DNA of 12,399 nt, from positions 1 to 12,399 of the forward strand of contig NW_021826616.1 of assembly GCF_006345805.1 (NCBI RefSeq), written 5' to 3'. Positions within the stretch are counted from its first letter, which is position 1; the number at the start of each line of letters is the position of its first letter. Origin of the DNA: Octopus sinensis. Its lineage: Eukaryota. The notes beneath the pieces were generated by a model, which saw nothing but the letters and a program-made list of their open reading frames with translations, ran no database searches and was not told where the DNA came from. Positions 1 through 7,741 of this stretch are shown piece after piece. Position numbers and translations under genes: made by a program.

Positions 1-143
1 GTTCTGATTCAAATTCCGCCAAGATCGACTTTGACTTTCATCCCTTCGGGGTCGATTAATTAAATATCAGTGAAGCACCGGGGTCGATGTAAATCGACTA
101 TCCTACTCCCCCAAATTTCACGCCTTGTGCCTAAAGTAGAAAA
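1..143 (+). mobile_element. tRNA-derived SINE (octopus-type family 1), 5' end cut by the window edge
   Basis: B-box-like GATTCAAATTCC at 6-17, then the core GTCGACTTT..GGGGTCGAT..CACCGGGGTCGAT..ATCGACT shared with the copies at 222-443 and 3379-3978. Tail GCCTTGTGCCTAAAGTAGAAAAG runs into (ATT)n. Confidence 0.8.
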
Positions 144-144
144 G

Positions 145-176
145 ATTATCATTATTATTATTATTATTAGTATTAT

Positions 177-218
<42 letters not shown>

Positions 219-221
219 CAG
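145..221. repeat. Compound (ATT)n/(AGT)n microsatellite joining two SINE tails
   Basis: Direct reading of the sequence. Confidence 0.95.
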
Positions 222-443
222 TATTTCAGTAGTTTTGGTACAAGGCCAGCAGCTTTGGGGGAGGGGACGAGTTAATTAAATCGACCCAGTGCTCAGCTGA
301 TGTTTATTTTATCGACCCTGGATGGGACGAAAGGCAAAGTCAGGCTCGGAGGTATTTGAACAGAGAATATAGACAGACAACAACAAAAAAATGCCGCCAG
401 GCATATTGTCCGGCGTGCTCACGTTTCTGGCAATTCACCGCCT
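222..443 (-). mobile_element. Full-length tRNA-derived SINE (family 1), diverged
   Basis: Minus strand starts AGGCGGTGAATTGCCAGAAACG (A-box-like) and has B-box-like TGTTCAAATACC (351-362). It carries the same GGGTCGAT core and the tail GCTGGCCTTGTACCAAAA. Confidence 0.8.
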
Positions 444-444
444 T

Positions 445-461
445 CATGATGACGATGATGA

Positions 462-494
<33 letters not shown>

Positions 495-499
495 TGATC

Positions 500-548
<49 letters not shown>

Positions 549-619
549 GGTGATGATTGTGATGGTGGTGATGATGATGATCATGATGATGATGATCATG
601 ATGATGATTGTGATGGTGG

Positions 620-662
<43 letters not shown>

Positions 663-687
663 ATTGATGATGGGGATGATGATGATG
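445..687. repeat. Compound trinucleotide microsatellite (GAT/GAC)n-(CAT)16-(GAT/GGT)n
   Basis: (CAT)16 at 501-548, flanked on both sides by its reverse complement (GAT)n. Confidence 0.95.
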
Positions 688-814
688 AATCTATATAACT
701 ATATATGCCTGCCTTAAAACTGATGTTTGGAAGGTAGTGCACTCACCGACGTTTGCGCTTGCTTCCACACCCATATCTTATTTTATATAACAACATTAAC
801 AACAAACAAACAAT

Positions 815-925
815 CATATATATATACACACACATATATACATATATACATATATATATGTTGTGTGTGTGTGTGTGTGTGTACATACATATACACATGT
901 ATATATGTATATATATACATACATA
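815..925. repeat. Mixed (TA)/(CA)/(GT)/(ACAT) microsatellite
   Basis: Direct reading. Confidence 0.9.
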
Positions 926-1139
926 TAGGATCTGAAATTTCTGAAATCCCACCCAGATAAAGGAGTTTTGGTCTTTATCAAAGTTTCGTGAAAGAATTAT
1001 TTGTGTCTTCCGCATGCAAATATTTCCATATTAGATTTTTTACATAAATATTTTGTATGCAGTCTCTGTTTAAATTTATCGTTTAATGTGTGGTTGTGTG
1101 TGAAAATATAAAACTATATACTTTTTTGCTACACATTCG

Positions 1140-1388
1140 CATGCATATATATATATGTGTGTGTCTTTGTATACATATATACATAAACATGCATATACAT
1201 ATATACGTACATATCTATATGTATATGATGTATGCATATATATACACATATATATATATATACGTATGTATGTATATATATAATATATATATATATATAC
1301 ATGGATGTAAGCTTGTATGTGTGTGCATACATAAGCATTCGGCTGAATATATATATACATATATGTATATAAGTGTGCGTGTGTAATG

Positions 1389-1425
<37 letters not shown>

Positions 1426-1476
1426 AATATATATGTATGTATTTATGATTGTATATATATGTATCTATAGTGTGCG

Positions 1477-1512
<36 letters not shown>
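1140..1512. repeat. Mixed (TA)/(GT)/(ATAC) microsatellite field
   Basis: Direct reading. Confidence 0.9.
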
Positions 1513-1513
<1 letters not shown>

Positions 1514-2096
1514 AATCGCTCTCGCGTGCGTGCTTGTATGCAAATGCCTGTGTATAAGATAAATAGCGGTTACTCATTGCTGAGAATAGAGAAATTATAT
1601 TCTATTGGAAGCTAGAATTTTACAAATCTTTACTTATAGTCTCTCGGTTCCGATCTCCGAGCGATCAAGAAGAGCGGGACATAAGTCAATTATTTAAAGG
1701 GGTGAAAAGTAAATCTATGAACAACTACCTGCTCTTTAACTAGATAATAATACTACCACATAAGATTCATACTGGTAAACCACTGACCATATGGTTGCTT
1801 TACAATACATATAAATATTATTTTAGTCGGTAGAAATTTCAATCTGTGTTACTGAATGAGTTACGTGCATGGCTTTTATCATGTACGTAACTCTCGGTCC
1901 TTGATTCACTTTCTAATTTTTGCTGATTAAAATTATAAAATAGGTTAACTCATATATTAATTTCATTTTATCCTGTTTGTTCTATTATTTAATATCATTT
2001 TATATACACAATTTACAAAAGACCTACTAACAGTTTCATGCTTTAGAGATACAATAAATTGGCAGATTTATATGACATGCCTTGTATCTCCAAGCA

Positions 2097-2153
2097 ATAC
2101 ATACATGCTTGCATACATACATACATACATACATATATACATACATACATACA
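2097..2153. repeat. (CATA)n tract, probably the (TATG)n 3' tail of the adjacent minus-strand retroelement
   Basis: Direct reading; abuts the element at 2154. Confidence 0.85.
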
Positions 2154-2646
2154 TGGTGGCTGCCCCTCGTTATCGAGTATGGCCATTGCACGAAGCTTAA
2201 TCAATGTTGTTATCGTGCAATGCCTGTGCAAGAAGATTTTTTTAAAGTGAGGAAAGGCTGTGCACTGAGTCAATCCCATTCACTAAACAACAGCAGCCAT
2301 AATCCGAAAAGAAAAACAAGTCAACATCATCGGTAACCACTGAGCCGCAGGTTTTATGTCGGAGTTATCCCAGTTACCTGAGTTACCTTCTCCTAGAAGG
2401 ATGCCCTAACAAAGGCTAGGAGTCCTTCACTCCCAATGGTTTAACCGCGCGATCGGGTATTTAGTCTGATTATTTCTATGTCCCCGCGCATGATACAGCC
2501 TTAAGACATTTATTGGATGGCCGTTGACTCTCAAGAGTTCCTCCACCCTTTGACGGGTTTTGTTTTTCATCCCGCAGGATGTCCAATAAACACCCTCACC
2601 AAGCAAGCTTGGTGGGGTTGCCGGTTTAGTCGCTGACGACCCAACC
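2154..2646 (-). mobile_element. Non-autonomous RTE-related retroelement (about 490 bp, non-coding)
   Basis: Minus strand has AGCCTTTGTTAGGGCATCCTTCTAGGAGAAGGTAACTC (2381-2417), which resembles the GGCAACC..CTAGGAGAAGG..ACTC box I recall from RTE 5' UTRs and RTE-derived SINE bodies. The 3' end runs into (TATG)n. Possible degenerate TSD GCAATA(TA)CATACAT at 2094-2106 and 2649-2663. Confidence 0.55.
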
Positions 2647-2653
2647 ATGCAAT

Positions 2654-2744
2654 ATACATACATACATACATACATACATACATACATACATAAATACATA
2701 CATACATACATACATACATACATACATACATACATACATACATA
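2654..2744. repeat. (CATA)n microsatellite
   Basis: Direct reading. Confidence 0.95.
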
Positions 2745-2750
2745 ATGTAG

Positions 2751-3099
2751 ACCTCGGAACTCTCTGCATTCAATAAAATAGTGGCCAACAATGTGTTTGC
2801 AGAGTCAATACTCATATCAACATTTGGGCTGCTTGACTGGACGCTTGATCAGCTCCGAGCCATTGATCTGAAAAACCGGAAGATACTAACCAGCAGACTT
2901 AATTTCCACATCAACTATGATGTAGACCACCTCTATCTAAAACGACAACGAGGCAGCAGAGGCTTAACATCGGCCCAGGCCTCCTTTAAATGTCCTATCA
3001 TATCTCTTCGGCAACATCTATTAACCATCAAGTGTCGAATGCATCTCCTGCATACACGAAGCTGATAACGTCATAACACTCGGAAAGCACCAGGCTTTT
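2751..3099 (+). pseudogene. Fragment of a non-LTR retrotransposon reverse transcriptase (C-terminal/thumb region), R4/Dong-like
   Basis: Translates as TSELSAFNKIVANNVFAESILISTFGLLDWTLDQLRAIDLKNRKILT..HINYDVDHLYLKRQRGSRGL. This matches the recalled pattern SELSAxNKxxAINTFAxPxxTYSFGxxxW..LDRKTRK..SDVDRLYLPRxxGGRGL. A frameshift near 3040 continues as CISCIHEADNVITLGK. Truncated at both ends. Confidence 0.75.
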
Positions 3100-3108
3100 A
3101 AAAAAAAA

Positions 3109-3208
3109 GATAGAATAACTGGGGTTGATTCGTTCGAATGAAAATTGCTCGAGACGGTGCTCAAGCATGGCCACAGTCTAATTACTGAAACAAGTAAAAG
3201 ATAAAAGA
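3109..3208 (+). mobile_element. 3' fragment of SINE family 2
   Basis: CTGGGGTTGAT..GGTGCTCAAGCATGGCCACAGTCTAATTACTGAAACAAGTAAAAG is the reverse complement, with substitutions, of 10266-10350. Confidence 0.75.
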
Positions 3209-3371
3209 AGGACGATAATGAGTTCATGTACTTGTTAATTAATGTGTTCATATACTTGTTAATCATAGATGACAGGCGAATGGTGGTTCAATCTAAAACT
3301 GCATTGCTATAGAGAGAAATTGAAACCGTATCACAGATTCACATTCAAACCACGACAGTTCGTTAGCTACA

Positions 3372-3980
3372 GTACATATATTTCTTTATTGCTCACAAGG
3401 GGCTAAACACAGAGAGGACAAACAAGGACAGACAAACGGATTGAGTCGATTAAATCGACCCCAGTGCGAAACTGGTACTTTATTTATCGACCCCGAAAGG
3501 ATGAAAGGCAAAGTGGACCTCGGCGGAATTTGAACTCAGAACGCAGCGGCAGACGAAATACCTATTTCTTTATGGCCCACAAGGGGCTAACACAGAGGAG
3601 ACGAACAAGGACAGACAAACGGATTAAGTCGATTACATCGACCCCAGTGCGAAACTGGTACTTTAATTAATCGACCCCGAAAGGATGAAAGGCTAAGTCG
3701 ACCTCGGCGGAATTTAAACTCACAACGCAGCGGCAGACGAAATACCTATTTCTTTATGGCCCACAAGGGGCTAAACACAGAGGGGACAAACAAGGGCAGA
3801 CAAACGTATTAAGTCGATTACATCGAGCCCAGTGCGAAACTGGTACTTTAATTAATCGACCCCGAAAGGATGAAAGGCTAAGTCGACCTCGGCGGAATTT
3901 GAACTCACAACGTAACGGCAGACGAAATACCGCTAAGTATTTCGCCCGGTGCGCTAATGATTCTGCCACCTCGCCGCCTT
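3372..3980 (-). mobile_element. Trimeric family 1 SINE (one head plus three ~184-bp bodies) flanked by a 13-bp TSD
   Basis: Repeat units at 3379-3562, 3563-3746 and 3747-3931, with head 3932-3978 carrying the A-box (3953-3968). Each unit has a B-box. TSD TTCGTTAGCTACA at 3359-3371 and 3981-3993. Confidence 0.9.
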
Positions 3981-4119
3981 TTCGTTAGCTACAATATATA
4001 GCTCTCAAGAATACGTACAGCTGAATGGGAAGTGGTCGTACGATTTCACAAGTAATTTACTAACAAACGCCGCTTAAACACTTTAGACGTTTAAACAGCA
4101 AAAGACGACTGTTGTGTAT

Positions 4120-4230
4120 ACACGTGTGTGTGTGTGTGTGTGTGTGAGTGTATAAATGTATGTTTAATGTGAATAGTTGTGCGTGCAAATCTGTGTGTAT
4201 GAGCGAGACAGACAGAAAGACAAACAGACA
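4120..4230. repeat. (GT)n and (GACA)n microsatellites
   Basis: Direct reading. Confidence 0.8.
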
Positions 4231-4589
4231 GAATTTTCTATATGAAAATACATCAAACACATGATATAAAACAGCAGGTGGAAGCCTTCCTCATTACACC
4301 TGCCACACCCAACAAGCAAAAGCGAGGTTGTCTAATTCAAACTCAAGACTTTACCAATTCCAGATGTTACTCTGTCCGACAGCAACACTTCAGTACCATT
4401 CTCTCATAGTGCAATGGAAGAGATGGAATTGGTGAGATGTCTGATAGACATAGACAACAGGCTATTGCCCTAAAGATGTTCAGAACATGGGCACCAACAG
4501 ACGTGTTTCGCTTCCCCGTCTCATTAAAATACTTTAAAATACTTTAATGTGGTATTAATTTAAAGTGGCTGAACGAAATGTATTTCAGC

Positions 4590-4915
4590 AATACACACAT
4601 ACACGCACGCACACACTCACATGCACGCACGCACGCACACAGACACAGACACGCACGCACACAGACACACAGACACGCACGCACACAGACACACAGACAC
4701 GCACGCACACAGACACGCACGCACACCTACCCACGCATAATCATACGGGCACGCACATAAACATATATAGAAATACATACATACATGTACATTTATATAT
4801 GCATGTCTCTATACGTATATATCCTTGTAAAGGTATGTATATATGTTTATATACACATATACATGTATGCATGTGTATAAATATGTGTGTGTGTGTGTGT
4901 GTGTAGATAGACAGA
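4590..4915. repeat. Compound CA/GCAC/ACAG minisatellite with a 24-bp higher-order unit, followed by TA/GT tracts
   Basis: GCACGCACACAGACACACAGACAC at 4653-4676 and 4677-4700, with variant units on either side. Confidence 0.9.
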
Positions 4916-5054
4916 TAGGCAAACAAACAGAGATATGATTGTGAAGTATTTTTTACGGTGAAACTCGAAGCAGATAAATCTATAATTGAGTTATTTATTC
5001 CCTTATCTACTTCGAGTTCCGTAAAATATAATTTACTTAATAATTTACTCTAAT

Positions 5055-5188
5055 TTTGTCGAAGTTTCAGAATTCTGAAAACGTAAACTGTTCCTTCATC
5101 TCCAGACAATAAACTTGTCCATTGCCTTAAATGGCATGTCCATTTCAGAGAAATTCTCGCCTCTTGGGATTGTCTCCTCTTCTGATAT
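5055..5188 (+). repeat. Dispersed direct repeat, copy 1 (134 bp)
   Basis: Manual alignment to 6400-6532 gives 11 substitutions and 1 indel, about 91% identity. Confidence 0.95.
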
Positions 5189-5653
5189 GGAACTGATCGC
5201 AATTGCCACTATGAATCATCCTCTAAAAGCGGAGATAAATTCATGGAGCGTGATAGTTGATATATCTCAATTAGTCTTTGTTCCTCAAACCCATGTCACT
5301 GGTCAGACATATTTATTTTCCTGAGACCATTTTTGTTCAACCATGTGAAATAACTTAAATCATAAATGTTTCACTCTTTATTGTATTTGTCTAAATCCGT
5401 GAGTTCTTGACAAAGCCGGACAATTGTGTTGTCACGTGTTCAAGACTGCCGGTTTATCTGCTGACAGTAAGCACATCCGTATGCTTAATGTCAGCTCGAC
5501 TTTGGAGAATTCTTGGTTCATCTTCCAAAGGCGGAAATAATTTTGATAAATCAAGAATTTATGTTGTACGGTATTTGATACGCCTGTATTTGTCGGTTTT
5601 TCAAATACATGACACCGCCTACTCTGAGTTATTTCTCTTAGGCCACTTTTTTA

Positions 5654-5667
5654 TGTGTGTGTTTGTG

Positions 5668-5729
<62 letters not shown>
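5654..5729. repeat. (GT)n microsatellite
   Basis: Direct reading. Confidence 0.95.
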
Positions 5730-5730
<1 letters not shown>

Positions 5731-6399
5731 TCAAACAGACTCCGAAGAGAACTGGTCTGCGTTGGCAAGTGTTGTAATTTGAAGTAAAATCGCTGAAGAG
5801 AGTACAGAGAACTTGCCATGGAGAGTGGAAAATCAAATGTTTCGGGTAAGTTTTTATTCAGAGAAATGTTGGTAGGAAAGAAATTAAAGAGGCAGCAGAG
5901 TTTCATACCCTGGAAGTTATACACACTTTAACAGACGCTAACTCGATTTTTATCTCTTTTTAGAGTTAGCCTTTTAGAGATAATGAAAGGAACTAGACTA
6001 TGCTTTAAGAAAAAATAGATTAGTCTGAAGTACTACAGGAAGTTTGAAAACGAAGTCGAAATGTAATGACAATTTAGAAGAGAGTTTCAGACACATCTAT
6101 TTACGCGACTTACCATCATTCGATTTAGAGATAAGTTTGACGGTGAAGGACTTTTTCAGAATTCTCACAAGAAAGGTTCCGAAAAACCGCACGTCTATAA
6201 GCCACACAAGGCAAGAAAAGGTATTAAAAGCGTATCTCCAGAGTTCAAGAATATCTATGCTGCACGTGAATCATGAGATAGGAATTTCAAAATCAAAAGG
6301 TGGTCGCATTTTGAATCACTTTCATCGGAAATGTTATATTTCAAGAATAGTCTGATTGAAGACTATGCAGACGAAAGAGAAGAATTTTATAAGTAATTC

Positions 6400-6532
6400 T
6401 TTGTCGAAGTTTCAGAATCCTGAAGATGTAAACTGCTCTTTCATCTCCAGACAATAAACCTGTCTATTGCCTTAAATGGCATGTCCATTTTAGAGAATTC
6501 TTGCCTCTTGAGATTATCTCCTCTTCTGATAT
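6400..6532 (+). repeat. Dispersed direct repeat, copy 2 (133 bp), inserted in the transposase
   Basis: Homologous to 5055-5188. It lies between the EFYK*F and SRCIADAHF parts of the transposase reading. Confidence 0.95.
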
Positions 6533-6855
6533 ATATAGCAGATGTATAGCAGATGCACACTTTCCAACAAAAAGATTGTTTGTACTGATGAGGCTGTATT
6601 TAAATCAAATGACTCGATAAACCGCCACATTTGCACCTTTTGGGAATCTGCATTTTACGGAGGAACATCAAGTCAATTTGCCAGAGATTGCAATATAGTA
6701 AGGCTTATCAACAAAAGGACCGTTCTCTCGGTGCTGTGAGTGGTTCCATTTACAAGAATTTGTTGTGAGAATTTGACATGCCAAACATTCAACCGAACTT
6801 TAAAGATGTAGAGATTTACTTCCAGCAAAATAAGGCACCCCACATTGTAGCTGAG

Positions 6856-7147
6856 GGTAAAAGCACGTAGCTTAGTGGTTGGGATATTCAGGTCACAATC
6901 GTAAGATAGTGAGTTCGATTTCCGGTGACACATAGGGTCCTGGAACAAGACACTTTATTTCACGTTGTTCTACTCCCCTCACCTAGCAAAAATGTAGGCC
7001 AGCCCTGGCACATTCTGTGTCATGCTGAAGCTCCCTGACAATTACGTGTCTGAGAAGTACTCAGCCACTTGCATATTAATTTCGACTGCAAGTTGTTCCA
7101 TTGATCGGATCTACTGGAACTCCACTGGTTATGACGACCGAGTTCCA
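6856..7147 (+). mobile_element. tRNA-derived SINE (family 3) with a 9-bp TSD
   Basis: A-box TAGCTTAGTGG at 6868-6878 and B-box GTTCGATTTCC at 6913-6923. TSD GTAGCTGAG at 6847-6855 and 7148-7156. Removing it restores the transposase frame. Confidence 0.9.
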
Positions 7148-7545
7148 GTAGCTGAGATTTTAATAAATAAATAAATCGGTCAAAGGGGTTCAGCAGAATA
7201 CCCGCCACAGTTACCAGGACTCACACCACTAAACCTTTTTTTAAGGGGGTGCTTAAAAGCTAAGGTTTACACTACAAAACTGACGACAAAATCGACGACA
7301 CGAGGAGCGTCCATTGAACAAGAACACGCACAAATACCGAACAAGATCTTCCTTGATATTAATGATTCCATTCCTTCTTGTTATGAGCAGTACTTGGACC
7401 AGACTAATCATCAATTTGAAATCAAGCATTCTTCAAATGAGGAAGTTAAAATTAGTCGGCAGATTCAATGAAATTTTGAAAGAAGTACTTTAATAAACAC
7501 AGATTTTAAAACCATTTCATAAGTATATATTTGAGGGACACCCTG

Positions 7546-7566
7546 TATATATATATATATCTATAT

Positions 7567-7597
<31 letters not shown>

Positions 7598-7610
7598 CTA
7601 TATATATATA

Positions 7611-7651
<41 letters not shown>

Positions 7652-7683
7652 GCATAAATATATATATGCATAAATACATATGC

Positions 7684-7714
<31 letters not shown>

Positions 7715-7722
7715 ATATATTT
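7546..7722. repeat. (TA)n microsatellite starting at the mariner TA target dinucleotide
   Basis: Direct reading. Confidence 0.95.
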
Positions 7723-7741
7723 ATTTTTATTTTATAGAAGG

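Larger units (their letters stand above)
5983..7426 (+). pseudogene. Tc1/mariner transposase pseudogene with many stops and frameshifts, split by two insertions
   Basis: Segments in order: MKGTRL..LKYYRKFENEVE..QFRREF..RLTIIRFRDKF; RTS..EIGISKS..RIL..YISRIV; KIVCTDEAVFKSNDSINRHICTFW (first catalytic D at 6587-6589); EEHQVNLP; GAVSGSIY..YFQQNKAPH; IGQRGSAEYPPQLPGLTPLNLFL..LKAKVY..HQFE. The second and third catalytic D positions both read N. Confidence 0.9.
5983..7545 (+). mobile_element. Decayed Tc1/mariner DNA transposon (rosa/DD41D-like motifs); right TIR present, left TIR not found
   Basis: Transposase remnants span 5983 to about 7426. The right terminus reads GAGGGACACCCTG|TA (reverse complement TA|CAGGGTGTCCC, a typical Tc1/mariner end) and finishes at 7545. 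Confidence 0.85.

Noticed and set aside
70-717. ORFs encoding poly-I/S, poly-D/I/M and poly-T/S
   Set aside because: They are read-through of trinucleotide microsatellites, which lack stops in some frames. There is no non-repetitive coding content.
2633-2639. CTGACGA as a hammerhead core
   Set aside because: No stem II or GAAA follows; it lies in a small hairpin next to (CATA)n.
3222-3263. 24-bp-period duplication GTTCAT(G/A)TACTTGTTAAT, and similar short duplications at 4524-4547 and 10083-10106
   Set aside because: These are ordinary slippage duplications in AT-rich DNA with no associated structure.
3379-3931. CRISPR-like or satellite reading of the three repeats
   Set aside because: The units are ~184 bp with no unique spacers, they carry Pol III boxes and a TSD, and the context is eukaryotic.
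4270-4520. Moderately GC-rich unique stretch as a host exon
   Set aside because: The plus frames I translated have stops, no motif was recognised, and there is no convincing splice-site pair.
4940-5026. TGAAAC bulge plus long stem as a hammerhead
   Set aside because: The upstream core reads GTGAAGT rather than CTGANGA, and there is no stem I partner.
5060-5190. Minus-strand LKWTCHLRQWTSLLSGDEGTVY as a mariner TGDE motif
   Set aside because: The resemblance is short, with no supporting upstream HTH or downstream catalytic motifs; likely chance.
5403-5455. HDV-like ribozyme reading of H2 and its pseudoknot
   Set aside because: There is no P4 or J4/2, and the L3/P3 geometry is wrong.
5793-5850. 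CTGAAGA..GAAA as a hammerhead
   Set aside because: No pairing is possible for stem II or stem I.
6585-6591. CTGATGA as a hammerhead core
   Set aside because: It is the T-D-E codons of the transposase, and no downstream GAAA or stems are present.
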